DNA of 64,000 bases from Malacoraja senta (Eukaryota): the NCBI GenBank assembly GCA_038087875.1, contig JAXLNO010000293.1:124001-188000 (forward strand), read 5' to 3'. This document shows, in pieces, positions 21,641 through 34,620 of the stretch (position 1 is the stretch's first letter; every line of letters starts with the position of its first letter). Under the pieces are notes generated by a model, which saw only the letters and a program-made list of their open reading frames with translations, searched no databases and was not told where the DNA came from. The position numbers and the translations under genes are program-made.

Positions 21641-24600
21641 TGTAAACAAGCACCAGAGACAGTGTATGATTTAAACACATCTTTAATCAGCACTGAAACT
21701 TAGCAGCGTTGAGGACAATAGGTTTTCAGTACATCCTAGCTGCTCAGACTGGCAGTGCCGGGAACAAGCGTTAGTATAAGTGTTACAGTGGGGTGGAGTT
21801 AGTGATGCTGGCTTATGTGTGATTGGTTCAAATGCATCATGAATCTACATCCTTCCCCCTAAAGATTAAATGTGGAAAGGGCACCCATACCATGAAGTTA
21901 AACATACTCGCCATATCTGTCTGGTGGTCTACTAACACGGCCCGAGCACGTGCGGACCCAACCATCCCCTCCCTCACCTGACGGGGAGCCTGGAGGCGAG
22001 AATGGCACGGGAGAGGCTTGTGGTGACCGAAAGGGGAAACATGCGGTAGGTGGAACCCCGTGGTTAGTGGAGACCGAGGGACGTGGGGGGGGGGGTGGGG
22101 CGTGGTGCAAGGCATGCGGGGACGGGTGGGAGACATTGCCAAAGGTGGCTGGAACTGGAGCGGCGGAGCATAGGGATCAGCAGGTGGTGGTCGGGGCTCC
22201 CTCACAGCAAACAGGTGTTGTCGACTTCTCCGGTATCCTGCTCGCTCACAGTCCAGAAGGTAGGATCGCGGCTAGTCAGTCGGACGTACAACAGTGCCCA
22301 GACGGGAATGTCCAGTTGAAGTTCGTAGACGAACGACCTGGCCCGGCAGTAGAGCCTTGAGTGGTCTGCTTGAACTGTCGTATGACCGTTTCTGGATGTC
22401 ATGGAGACGTTTCTGGATAGTGGCAGGCTTCAACACCCGAGGGACCTGCTGCTGTTGTGTGATGGGGACCGGAAACCTCGTCACTCTCGACAGTAAACGC
22501 TGTCCCGGCGATCCCAAGGTTCCGTCTCTGGCGATGTTTCTGAGATTCAGGAGATCGAGATAGACGTCTGACTTTGAAATGCGCGCTCCCTCCAGCAAGT
22601 GCTTGGAGCTTCTGACAGCGCGTTCAGCGAGTCCATTACTCTGTGGATACTCGGGACTGCTTGTGACGTGCTGGAAGTTCCATCGGTCTGCGAAAAGCTT
22701 GAACAAGTGGCTGGTGAACTGCCGACCGTTGTCGGTTCTCAGGATGACAGGAATGCCATAGGCTGAGAAGTGTCTTTTCAGCTTCTTGATGACCATCTCA
22801 GATGTGAGGGAGGTCAGTTGGGCAAGTTCAAACCAGTTAGAAAAAGAGTCGACCAGAACGAGGTAGTGCTTTGCGCACCATTCGAAAATGTCTGCCGCCA
22901 GCGACATCCAAGGCAGTGCTGGTGGAGGTTGTTGCAGAAGAGGTTGCCGCTGCTGATGAGGCGCAAGATTGTTGCAAGTGGGGCAGGAGGCTATGCCGTC
23001 CCAGATGTATGTGGCCATTCCCGGCCAGTAGAACAGACCACGAGCGCGTACCAGTGTGGAGTCAGCTCCTGGGTGACCGCTGTGTGCCACTTTGAAGTAT
23101 TCGTCTCGTAGCGATGAGGGTATTACTACCTTGTGACCCTTAACAACAACACCACCCTGAACCACCAGTTCATCACGGACCAAGAAGAACGGTTGCACCT
23201 CTGTGTGCGTGTCGGATTGTTTGTCTGGCCACCCTGTTTTGATGATGGATGAGAGGGTTTGAAGCGTATCGTCAGTGGCAGTGTGCGCGGCCAGGGTCCG
23301 CAGTTGGTTACTGGAGACGAGATCGACACAGAGGACCGTGAAATTCTACTGTGCATGGCGGTGTCGTTCGCAAGATGCTCGAGGTGCACGAGAGAGTGTG
23401 TCAGCAACATGCATGTCCTTACCCTTTGTGTCAGTAATAGAGAAGTCGTACCGCTGCAGCTGCATCATCATGCGCTGCAAGCGAGCTGGCGTGGCATGGA
23501 AGGGCTTGTTCAGGATTGTCACAGGATTGTCACTTCATCTATGGTGAACGTGTTGCCATAGACGAAGTCGTGGAATTTGGAGCAGGCAAAGACGACAGCC
23601 AGCAGTTCCTTTTCGATTTGCGCGTAGTGCTGCTCCGTGTAGGTCATTGTGCGAGAGGCATACGCGACAGGTAGTAGGGTGCCATCGCCAGATGTTTGCA
23701 GGCAGGCTGCGCCGAGCCCGAATTGCTAGGCATCGCAGGCGATCGTCACCGGACGTTTCAGGTCGAAAAAAGTCAGGGTCGGTGGACTGGTCAGTTTGGA
23801 TTTTAGAACATCAAAGGCAACCTGGTGTTGCTGGAACCATGACCATACAGTGTCCTTTTTGGTCAGCTGCCGCAGTGTGGAGCTTAGTTCGCTGAGGTTC
23901 GGAATGAACTTCAAGGTTCAAGGTTCAAGGTAGTTTTTATTAGTCACATTCACATACACCCAGGTGTAGTGAAGTGAAATGCTTTTGCCATTATGCAGCA
24001 CACACAAAAAGAGAAGAATACAGACATCACACCAAGATAGTTTTAACACTAAACATCCCCCCACAATGGCTCCCACCATGAGGGAAGGCACAAAGTCCAG
24101 TCCCCAACCCCAGTTCACCCATAGTCGGGCCCAATGAGGCCTCCACAGTTGCCTCTACGGAGGCCCGATGTTCCAGGCCGTTCTAGCCGGGTGATGTTCC
24201 TCCGGCGTCGGGAGAGTCCTCCCAGCGGCTTGGGAACCTTGGAACGGCCGCTTCCGCACTGGGGGCCGCGGCTTCCGAAGCCAACAAGGCCGCGCCGGTT
24301 GGAGCTCCACAACTGGCAATCTCATCTAGAGATCCCAGGCTCCCGGTGTCAAGTTCAGCGCCGCCGCCCACAGCTGGTCGCTCCACAGTTCGCCAGCTCC
24401 GCGATGTTTTCCCAGCGATCCTCAGCTCACCGGAGCTCCAGTGAGGAGACCCGGGCAAGGCATCGCCCGCTCCGCGATAGCGCTCCAGCGCTGTGCCGCC
24501 GCCGAAGCCGAGGTTCTGGGCGGTCCCCGACAGGAAACGCCGCTCCAGGCCCGCTGGTAGGCCGCGAGGACGGGTCGAAGCTGCAGCCCGGAGAAGAGCT

Positions 24601-27178
24601 GCCTCTCCGGCCAGGTAGGGACGCTGAAAGGTAGTTTCCCCCTTTCCCCCCCCCCACACAAAAAAGTCTAGACCTCCAACAAACCACTTAACTAACTAAA
24701 ATAAAAAAAATAAGAGATGAAAGGACAGACAGCTGCTGGCTGGGCAACCGCACACAGGTCAGCGCCCCCTAGAACTTTCCGAGATAGTTTACCATGCCCA
24801 GGAAACGTTGCAGGCCTTTCACGTCTGTGGGTGCAGGCATTTTTGTGATGGCAGTAGTTTTCTTCGGATCGGGTTTGAGGCCATCAGGGGTGAAGATGAG
24901 GCCGACATAGGAGACCACTGGAACCCTGAACTTGCACTTGTCAGGATTGAGCTTGAGGTTGATCTTGACAGCACGCTCCGAGATGAGCCTGAGATTGTGA
25001 TCGTGTTCCGCTGCGTCTTTCCCATAGACGAGGATATCGTCGACAATAATGGCACAAGGCAGATCCTCGAATAATTGCTCCAGAGTTCTTTGGAAGACTT
25101 CACTGGCGGGGTTGATCCCGAATGGCATTCTCAGAAACTTATATCTGCCGAATGGGGTGGCAAATGTGGTGAGGCTAGATGACTTATTTTCCAGCGGTAT
25201 CTGCGAGAATGAGTTCTTTTCATCTAGGACAGAAAATAGGGTGGCCGTTCCGATCTTTGCCGCTACATCCTCTACTGTCTTCATGGGATGGTGTGGGCGC
25301 TTAATGGCAGTGTTCAGGTCTTTCGGATTAATGCACAGGCGGATTTCATTCTTTCCCTTCTTGACTGTGGCAATCATGGTTGAGACCCAGTCGGTGGGGT
25401 CGCTGACTGCTTCAATTACGCCTTTGGAGGCCATGTCGTTCAGCATAGAGTGAACCCTGTCAGTTATGGCAAATGGTAATCGGTGCGGGGGTCGGATAAC
25501 GGGTGTCACATCGGGGTCAGTAATAATCTTGTAGGACACAGGCAACTTGCCTAGGTTGTTGTCGAAGAGATCAGGGAATTCATTCAGTTGGTCAAAAGAA
25601 ACTTGCAGTTTGTGGACGGTTTTGTCAAAGGAAATTAGCCCCAGTTCCTGACAGGTACGATTGCCAAGCAGAGTAACTGACTTAAAGTTCAACACACAGA
25701 AGGTCGATTCCCTCGTTGTTTTCTTTAGTGCACATTTCAAGTTGGTTTTGCCCAGGGGAACCAGCACCTCCCCTCCAAAAGCATGTAAAGTGGATGTGTC
25801 CTTGACAAGTGGCTCGCTAGCTCGAATCTTGTTAAAGAGGTTGATTGACAGAGTGTTGACTTCCGCGCCCGTATCTAATTTCGCTCCAAAAGCAACATTG
25901 TTTATAGATATCGTCACTGTAGGATCAGAATTCTTGGCAGCAGCATGCTGTAACATGTAACAGTCGGGTCGTCTTGCGAGTTAATTGGGCTGTATTCGGG
26001 GGCGGCTTCGGGCTGGAAATGAGGAGTCAGCATGTTGCCGTCTCGTTGCAAAAAATTGAGATTAGACTTGGGACTGGCCGCATTCTTTCCTCGTGCCCTA
26101 ATTGCAGACCGACAGACTGAGGCAAAGTGACTTAGCTTTTTGAAGTAATTGCAAGCCTTCCCCAGGGCGGGGCAGGCTGATTGTCTGTTGTGTATATAAC
26201 CGCAGTTAGGACATCTCTTCGGAGGACCGCTGTGAACTGCCTGACTAGCTTGGGTCATAAATCGGCTGTTATCTGTGTATGTTCGCTGCCTAGTGAGGCC
26301 CGTCAGATCGATGGTTTTGCTTTCATGCTTTCTATGGGATCGACAAGTTCGGCGGTTCTACATGCATGAACAGCATCATCGAGCGTTAAATCTGGCCTTC
26401 TCAGGAGCTCTGATCTGAGCTTTAGATCACTAATGCCATTCACTAAAATGTCCCTCGTTAACTGATCAGACAGCTGATCAACTGGCATATCCTGGATTCG
26501 GCGACGTTGGGCTAAATACATCAAAGATGATATAAATGAGTCAACTCGTTCCCCGGGAAACTGACGACGAGAGAAAAACCTTGCCCTGTCCAAAATATGA
26601 TTTGAGGGCAGGTCACAGATCTGGCTTAGTTTACGCAGCAAAACATTAGGGTCAGTAGGAGATTCCGCCGGTGTAATTACCTGGTCGTTGGCATCACGGA
26701 TAGCCGGAGCATAACGGAATGTACTGGATCGACGAAGGGCATCTGGGCCCGCAAGGTTGAGCAGGAGCGAGGTCTTGACAGCATCTGGTTCATTTCGGTG
26801 TACAATGTTCATATAGTGCTGGTAATCAATTTCAAACGTGGCCCAGCGTTCGCTGATATCCGCATCAAAGACAAGAGGCTCAGGCTTTCGACAAGAAGAA
26901 GCCATCGTAAAGTAAAGCAAAACTCACAAAAGATAAAATAAAAACCGTTATACAAGAGGAGTGGATAAGACCAATTCTGACGCCATGTAAACAGGCAACT
27001 GAGACAGTATATGGTTTAAACACATCTTTAATCAGCACTGTAACTTGGCAGCATTTAAAGATAAGGTGTTGTCAGTTCATCCTAGTTGCTCAGACTGACG
27101 GTGCTGGGAATAGACGTTAGTATAAGTGTTATAGTGGGGTGGAGTTAGTGATTGGTTCACATGCATCATCAATCTACA
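21641..27178 (-). mobile_element. Ty3/Gypsy LTR retrotransposon (Gypsy-2), same clade as Gypsy-1, decayed, with a nested insertion
   Basis: LTRs 21641-21849 and 26986-27178 (TGTA..TACA), PPT 21850-21860, PBS TGGCGTCAGAA next to 26985. Gag (MASSCRKPEPLVFD, ATG 26905), CPNC knuckles, KLDTGA, IVDD, ACDA and integrase pieces are spread over several broken frames. Confidence 0.93.
23912..24771 (-). mobile_element. GC-rich non-autonomous retroposon inserted in Gypsy-2 pol, TSD GAACTT
   Basis: GAACTT at 23906-23911 and 24772-24777; removing the insert restores YLGKFIP. AATAAA then (TTGAACC)n tail on the minus strand. Confidence 0.9.
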
Positions 27179-28494
27179 AATACATTTTCTGCAAACATTT
27201 CTTTTTAAAGCAAGAAATACATTTTGCAAACATTGTACAACCAATATATTTTCTGCAAACACACGCACAAACACACACCGACTCACACACAGACACACAC
27301 AGACTCCCTCACGCAATCACACACTCACACACACACCAATACTAAAATGCCAAGTAACTTCAGAAAGTGGTAAACATACAGTGTGTAAACCGAATGATTC
27401 AAACGTTTACAGCCTCCTGGAGAGGCGGCTGCTGCTGAAGCAAGAACGTGCTTTAAATAACGTCCAACAAACACACTCACCATAGACAGAGCAGTAAGGT
27501 CCATCGAATTATTCAACGGCGTCTTCTCCACCCAGCGCCATCTTGCCACGAACCGGAAATGGCGTCAACCGCGCCATTTTGCCACCAAACCGAAGTCACG
27601 GTTTGTGCGCCAATTTTGCAATTAAACACAGTTCTGCTCTAATAAAATGTTTCTTCATGCTTCATCCATCCGAAAACTGTTGCAAGCATTTTAAAACCAA
27701 GGAAAAAAATTTGCAAACATTTTCTGCAAACATTGGAACCAAGACAAACAATTTTGCAAACATTTTATAACTAATACATTTTCTGCGACCATTTTAGAAG
27801 CAAGACAAACAATTTTGCAAACATTTTACAACCAATACATTTCTGCAAACATTTTTTAGAAGCAAGACAACAATTTTGCAAACAATTTACAACCAATACA
27901 TTTTCTGCAAACTTTATTGAAACCAAGACAAATAATTTTGCAAATATTTTACAACCAATACATTTACTGCAAACATTTTTTTTAGAAGCAAGACAAACAA
28001 TTTTGCAAACATTTTACAACCAATACTTTTTCTGCAAACTTTTTTTTCGAAGCTAGCCAAACAATTTTGCAAACGTTTTACAACCAATACATTTTCTACG
28101 ACCATTTTAGAAGCAAGACAAACAATTTTGCAAACATTTTACAACCACATCACACCGTTGAGTAGACATGCGTTTAGAGTTATTCACAGCTCCGAGAGAC
28201 GTGACCCTCTCGCTTCCTCCATCTCGCAAAGACTGAGTGAGGCACGACACTTCCGGGTTTTATAGTCCCTCCCCCTGCCACCAGCGAGGGCAGCAGAGAG
28301 AATGGCAACATTTTAAAAAACATTAACAATTCTTTGATTTTTCATCGATGGGAAAAATCCTCTCGTCCAGCACAGCTGAGGGCAACTCTGAGTGAGGTGG
28401 CCAAAAATCACGGCCGTGAGTGGCGGCGTTTATTTCTAAAATCACGAAACAGGAAGTTAGGAAGTGGTCAAGATCTTAGTTTTAGTAATATAGA
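27179..28494 (-). mobile_element. Putative non-autonomous Helitron with internal minisatellite, cut off by the Gypsy-2 LTR
   Basis: Minus strand starts A|TCTATATTACTAAAAC..atcttgaccacttcct; first ~190 bp homologous to 62180-62360. No 3' CTRR end identified. Confidence 0.55.
27680..28146. repeat. Minisatellite, ~61-65-bp unit x ~7 (plus ~1.3 units at 27179-27260)
   Basis: Unit aaacaattttgcaaacattttacaaccaatacattttctgcaaacattttttagaagcaagac, with an internal dimer of tgcaaacatttt. Confidence 0.92.
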
Positions 28495-29127
28495 TACTGG
28501 GATAATTTGAAAATACTTAAGATGCACGTCACTGTTATCACCAAAGCTGCAATTTTCTAAGTGCAATATTCTGTTCGTAACTTCGGATTACAAATGCTGA
28601 TAAACCGATCGAAGGTGAAAGTCACCGTTAGCCAGACAGATCAGTCACTGGAAATAAAAACAAAGGTCAGGATTAATCTAGAAATGTGAGTTAACTTCAC
28701 TAATGAATAAGGAAAATAGCCATCATTAATCGCGTACAATATTACATCAAAAATTAAAACCATTAAATCAGCTACGGCCATTGATGCCAGATAGCGGGTG
28801 ATACCTTTGGATAGAGATAGACCACACTTTCCCCGGGAGAGAATGACGATTGCCAGGGTGTTATCAGTAGGACGAAATTAAAATTAACAACGTTAATTGT
28901 TTCAGGAGAACTTAAGTTTGAAAGTTTTTCGTGCGAAATTAGCGGATTGATTGAAGTTGTGCTCTGCTTGTTTTCCTCGTGTCGCACACACATGGCCGAT
29001 TCTGAAAAACAATCTTTGCAGATTATTTCGCAAACTAATAATGAACAAAATCGCGCAGGCAGTGCTATGCCTGTCTTTACAGGCTCCCGGCATATTGAAG
29101 AACACTTTTTCCCAGTACCCTAACCAT

Positions 29128-29220
29128 TCTGAAGAAGGGTCTCGATCCGAAACGTCACCCATTCTTCTCTCCAGAGATGCTGCCTGTCCCGCTGAGTTGC
29201 CGCAACTTTTTGTGTCTATT
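29128..29220 (+). repeat. Penelope-type terminal repeat with minimal hammerhead ribozyme motif
   Basis: CTGAAGA-A-GGGTCTCGATCC-GAAA-CGTC at 29129-29156, followed by the conserved acccattc..ccagagatgctgcctgtcccgctgagtt flank. Confidence 0.65.
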
Positions 29221-29239
29221 TTATAAAGGTGATCGTCGA

Positions 29240-30230
29240 GTAGAGATTTTCTTCTAGATATTGGTTTAAGAAACCATGCCGGATACATTCCAGGAAATCC
29301 TCCTCCTCAGCGCTGCTATCAATTTGGTTGCCCCAATCTTTATGTAGATTAATGTCACCCATGATAACTGCTGAACCTTTGCTACACGCATCCCTAATTC
29401 TCTACTTGATGGTGTCCCCAACCTCCCTACTGCTGTTTGGTGGTCTGTATACGATTCCAATAAGCGTGTCGGTCCCCCTCCAATTAAGGTGCAACACGTC
29501 CCTTTTGTGCAGGTCACGCCTTCCCCAGAGAGATCCCAGTGGTCTAGAAAACGAAATCCCTGTTCCCTGCACCAACACCTCAGCCTCACATTCAGATCCC
29601 CTATCTCCCTGTTCCTACCCTCATTAGCACGAAGTACTGGAAAGCAACCCAGAGATAACCACCCTGGAAGTCCGGATTTTCAGCCTCCTACCTAGTTCTC
29701 TATATTCACGTTGCAGAACCCCCTTCCTCTTGCCTACATGCACAACTACTTCCGGCTGATCATCTTCCCTCAGGAGGATGTTCTTAATTCGGTCTGAGCC
29801 ATCTTGAACCCTGGCACCATGGAGGGAACTCACCTTCCTCGAGTCTCGCTTGTCACCACAGCATCTCCTGTCCGCACCTCTGACAATGGAGTCACCCACC
29901 ACTTTGGCTCTGCCTGACGTCGTGTCGCCGGTCATGTCGAGGAAGCGTTCGTCTTCCCGGATGGACGGCAGGTCATCCACCTGCTGCACCATTTCTCTAA
30001 CTCGGTCCTTGAGGAGCAGCATCTGGACACAATTCCACAGGTATAGTAATTAGTAACACCCTGGCTTCCCACATCCTGCAGCAAACGCACTGCAGTAATA
30101 TTCCTGCCATGACGCCAATAAGTTTAAATATTCAAATTAAATTAAACACACAACTAAATAAATGTAGCCTCCTCCCCTCAGCCTCCTCGCCGAAGGCTCT
30201 TGAGCCAAATACTCACGCTTTACCTCTCCA
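29240..30230 (-). mobile_element. CR1 LINE 5' region: ORF1 (SGNH esterase-like) and endonuclease fragments, internally deleted
   Basis: VVGDSIVRGADRRCCG..GARVQD..VVVHVG..SRVVISGLL and WCREQGFRFLDHWD are typical of CR1 ORF1. Confidence 0.85.
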
Positions 30231-30249
30231 AGGCACTTCACTCAACGAG

Positions 30250-30487
30250 GCCGATCCGAACATTAACTCCATCCTACACACACTAGGGACAATTTATATT
30301 TATAGCGAGCCAATTAACTGCAAACCTGTACGTTTCTGGTGTGTGCGGGGAAACCGAAGATCTCGGGAAAACCCACACGGTCACGGGGGAAAAGTACAAA
30401 CTCCGTACAGACAGTGCCCGTAGACAGGAAAGAACCCGGGTCTCCGGCGCTGCAAGGCAGCAACCTTCCGATGCGCCGCCGTGCCGA
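30250..30487 (-). mobile_element. tRNA-derived SINE
   Basis: Minus-strand head ggcacggcggcgcatcggaaggttgctgcc..gacccgggttc plus the shared core. Confidence 0.8.
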
Positions 30488-30542
30488 TGAACAATCAAAA
30501 AACGATGTCGCAATAATGGCCAAAAAATTGGTCATGTTTTTG

Positions 30543-30906
30543 TCACGAAGCACAGGTGTGGAGATCAAATCTGTTGCAGTTTCCTGTTAATTCAGTTATA
30601 CAATCAATCTGCTGCTTGAGATATTTAATTAATTTGACGACGACCGCAAAAGAGTACAGTAATATGTTCTTTAACATTGTTCTGTATTTTCTTTCAACCA
30701 CTGCATAAATAAATGTGTTTTTACACGGGTTCAGAAGCTGCAGCATATATCCTATCTTTTCTGAAGGAGTATTCAACATTACTAACGTTTACGTATACGA
30801 AATAAATCGTGGTTACGAGCCAAAGTAATATGAAACTGCTAGATGTAGAAATCAACAACATTATGGATTTCGTGCGGTTCTCTAGCTCTTGGTCATTCTG
30901 ATTCAC
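30543..30906 (-). pseudogene. GPR139-like GPCR relic (ICL3-TM6-TM7-C tail only, frameshifted)
   Basis: DQELENRTKSIMLLISTSSSFILLWLV and, in another frame, EKIGYMLQLLNPCKNTFIYAVV align with the intact paralog (DQETENRRKSIILLVAISSNFIFLWMV..EKSGFMLRYLSTCTNTFIYAVS). TM1-5 not found. Confidence 0.88.
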
Positions 30907-31309
30907 AGAGGATAGCGAGGTACGGCTCCCGTTAAAATTGCGAATTTGCTCGATCTGTAGTAATTTTACAGTAATGTACCAATGATCTCAATTCTGTATT
31001 GGTTTGAACGGAATAGGTCAAACCTATGCAATAAAATTAATTTGTCGAGAGACAAATTATCCATATGTGTCTTGTTCCCCATATTTGTTACATGCACAAA
31101 TCTTGCAATGAAATGGGATATTTTGAACATTCGAGACAATTTGGATGTCTCCACAACTTCAATGTTGAAACCTGTTGTGATCAATGCACTGCGAATGCAT
31201 TTACTGTGGCGAGAAGATGATCAGGCAATCATGTAGTACCTTCTCCAAGGTCTGTGATTTGTCCCGCCGCTTTGTGTGGATTACCCATTGTACCCTTAAT
31301 AACCTCTGA

Positions 31310-31703
31310 ATAGACAAAATACAATAGACAATAGCCAATCGGCCCTTCGAGCCAGCACCGCCATTCAATGTGATCATGGCTGATCATAGCCAATCAGTAC
31401 CCCGTTGCTGCCGTATCTCCATATCCCCTATCTTTAAGAGCCCTACCTAGCTCTCTCTTGAAAGTATCCAGAGCACCAGCCTCAACCGCCCTCTGAGGCA
31501 GATAATTCCACAGATTCACAACTCTCTGTGTGAAAAAGTATTTCCTCACGTTCCAAATGGCTTACGCATGATTCTTAAGCTGTGGCCCCTGGCTCTGGAC
31601 ACCCCCAACATCGGGAACATTTCGCGTCTCTAGCATGTCCAAACCCTTAATAACCTTATATGCTTCAATTAGATCCTCTCTCATCCTAAATCCCAGAGTA
31701 TAC
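31310..31703 (-). mobile_element. CR1 3'-end fragment
   Basis: (caataga)n tail and collinearity with 61260-61660. Confidence 0.85.
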
Positions 31704-32711
31704 GTCAGAATATTTCAAAAGAGCAGCAAAATTGAGCTCTTCAGATGACGGGAATATTTCTCACCGCAGGAGTAGTTTTCCATGCAATCAAGTCAGCATG
31801 GTGAATATTAAAAGCAGGAGTCGGCCATCTGGCTGCTTGTCGATTCATCAGGATGATGTCTGATTTTGGCTGTCAGCTCCACCCATCCGTTACTTCCCTC
31901 ATATTTCATAATTACGTGAAACGCCAAGATTATAGTTGGTTTTAATGCCACGCTGGCCATTATTTCAGTAATGTTCAAGCAGCTAGCGCGGGGATCAGCT
32001 TCTTGGAATGATTTCAATCAGATTCTATGCAAGCTAATTTGGTTAACACGGTTTAACAGCTGACAACCCAATAGCGCAGAAGGCAGAGTCACTGATTTTC
32101 AGAGTCAGAGACCATTGCTTAATCCTTGTCTCTGTGTGAAGTTTGCACATTCCCCTGTCAGCGCATGGTTTCCTCTCGGTGCACTCTTTCTCTCCAACAT
32201 TCCAAGAATGTGTGAGTTAATAGGTTGATTGGCCTTAAGTTGCCTCTGCTGTCCAGGCAGTGATAAGGTCTATTTGGATCAAGAGGGGATTTTGATGAGA
32301 ATCCGGGAATGGTAATTTGTTTTTACCAAGAGGTATTAATGTTAATTTCTCTAATATCCAGTAAATCCTGCATTCCCTCTCTCTTCCCCTCCCTTACCCG
32401 AGTAGTCCGACTGGTTCCTATGTTCGAAACCTGTATCCATTCGTTATCACATCTTTATTCCTTGAATCTTCATTGTCTCACTATAGCGCACACAGTCGAA
32501 TCCTAGCTACAACCTCATAAATCTTCTCTGCACCCATTCCCGCTTGACAACACCATGGTTCCCAAAACTGAACACACTACTCTAAATGCGGCCTCACCAA
32601 CTCCAGGAGAACTGCCCGCGTCTATATTCAATATTCTGAATAACGAAGGACAATTTGCTGAAATCGTTTTGACCACCCTATCTACCTGTAACACCGCGTT
32701 CAAGGAACTAT

Positions 32712-33268
32712 CAATATTCAAGATTCAAGATTCAATTTAATTGACACGTACCAATTAAGATACCGTGAAATTTGAGTTACCATACAGCCATACTAAGTGA
32801 AAAAACAACAATACACACAGCCACATAAATTAAAATTTAACATAAATATCCACCACAGTGAATTCCACATTCCTCACTGTGATGGAAGTTAATAAATTTC
32901 AATCATCTTCCTCCGTTGTTCACCCGTGGTCGGGCTTTTGAAACCTCCGCAGTCGCCGCTGCCGACGGTCCGATGTCCGAGCCTTCGCGTCGGGATGATC
33001 GAATCTCCGGGCCGGTCTTCAGGAAAGGCCGCACCACCACGTTGTTTGCCACAGGGGGGACGGAGATTCGATGGGGCGAAAAATCGAATCTCCATCGAGG
33101 TAAGTGAGTTAAAAAAAGTTTCCCCCAATTCCCCCCCCAACCCCGACATAAAACAGACCAAGACACATTAAAACATACTTTAAAAAACATACTTAAAATA
33201 ATAAAAACAGAGAGGGGACAAACAGACTGTTGGCGAGGCAGCCACTGCGGCGGCGCCACCCGGTGGTT
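32712..33268 (-). mobile_element. GC-rich non-autonomous retroposon inserted in an old CR1 fragment
   Basis: Head ccaccgggtggcgccgccgcagtggctgcctcgccaacagtctg on -, tail (attcaag)n on +, possible degenerate TSD aactat/aactgt. Confidence 0.8.
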
Positions 33269-33643
33269 AACTGTGAACCTTCACTCCCAGTTCCGTCGGC
33301 TCCACAACACTCCCCAGAGCCATATTATTCGTGTTAAACTTCCCAAAATTCAACCTCACATTTATCTGCATTAAATCCCAGTAACGATCCCTCAGCCCAC
33401 CTGTCCAACCGATCAAGATCCTGATGATATTTTTGACAATCATCTCCACTAACTACAATAGCCCTACTTTTGTGTCATGTGCAGATTTGCTAATCATGCC
33501 CTGTCATTGAATTCGTCATTGAATTAAATGTCAAACTGCAATGGGCTCAGTACCAATCGCTAAGGCACACCACTGGTGACAGGCCTCATGTCGGCTGAAG
33601 AAGGGTTTCGGCCCGAAGCGTTGCCTATTTCCTTCGCTCCATA

Positions 33644-34215
33644 CAAAGGATACAAAGGATACAAAGGACATTTATTATCACACACACCAATTGGTGTAGT
33701 GAAATTTGACTTGCCATTTCAGCACACGATTAAAGCTAAGACACAACCTTAAAGAATTTAACAATAAACATAAAAACATCCCCCCACAATGGTTCCCACA
33801 GTGGGGGAAGGCAGCAAAGTCCAGTCCCGTCACCTGTGCACCCATAGTCGGGCCTATTGTGGCTCCGTGGTCGCCGCTACGGCAGCCCGATGCTTCAAGC
33901 TATCTTGCCAGGAAGATGGAACTCCGGCGTCGGGTGAACACTCCTCAGCAGCTTGGAATCTCTGGAGCGGCCGCTTCCTCCCCGGAGACCGCGGCTCCCG
34001 AAGTCCTCAGGCCGCTCTGGTTGGAGCTCCGAATCTGGTGATCTCGGATCCCAAGCTCCGCGGTGTTTTAAATCCAGCGCCGCAAGCGGCTGGACGCTCG
34101 CAGCCACAGCTCCTCGATGTTGGACTCGGCGGTCACAGCACTCCGGAGCCCAACGCACGGCGACCCGGTGAGTCATCGCCCGCTCCGTGACGGTGTTTGA
34201 GCGCTGTGCCGCCGC
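33644..34215 (-). mobile_element. GC-rich non-autonomous retroposon, 5'-truncated, TSD CCATA, inserted in a Penelope-type repeat
   Basis: CCATA at 33639-33643 and 34216-34220; tail (atacaaagg)x3; homologous to ~23930-24500; host rejoins as ccttcgctccatagatgctgc. Confidence 0.88.
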
Positions 34216-34289
34216 CCATAGATGCTGCCGCACCCGCTGAGTTTCTCCAGCACTTTTGTCTACCATCCACCATCATCCTTTGCTTCCTT

Positions 34290-34620
34290 CGGAAGTGATT
34301 GAAGTCAACGGTGATGTTGATCAAGACTTCTGTATTGGTTTTCTGAATATAATTTAACAGCGTGTATAATACGCCCAATGCCATGTTGGCGGTGGGTTGT
34401 GCTGGTTCATAAATTGAGGACAAGATATTCGAAGTGAATTACGTTGGTATATACCACGAAACATTGACCAAAACACAGGCATCGTAGCCTTTCTCCTTGC
34501 CCGAAGATTCCATCCTGCTGCTGCAATAAATGGAGACACCCCAGGTTGTGTGACAGGGTTCGTTGAATTGGGATGAGCCATTTATTTGTGCAAGAAAAAC
34601 ACAGCGGCACTAATTTTCAT
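34290..34620 (-). mobile_element. Old Rex/Babar-type LINE endonuclease fragment
   Basis: AQPTANMALGVLY..NTEVLINITVDFNH resembles the YIPP..GDFN region of the APE domain. Confidence 0.55.

Noticed and set aside
24115..24687. Several 80-166 aa ORFs in the GC-rich retroposon (also 33706-34266 and 44925-45632)
   Set aside because: Stop-poor GC-rich sequence; no peptide is conserved between copies.
25914..26310. Programmed ribosomal frameshifts between Gypsy-2 gag pieces and pol
   Set aside because: The intact relative Gypsy-1 encodes the same regions in one frame, so the breaks are decay.
30966..31184. TTGFNIEVVE resembling the ARF/ARL GTPase switch I motif
   Set aside because: No P-loop, WDxGGQ or NKxD motif and no convincing splice sites nearby; treated as chance.
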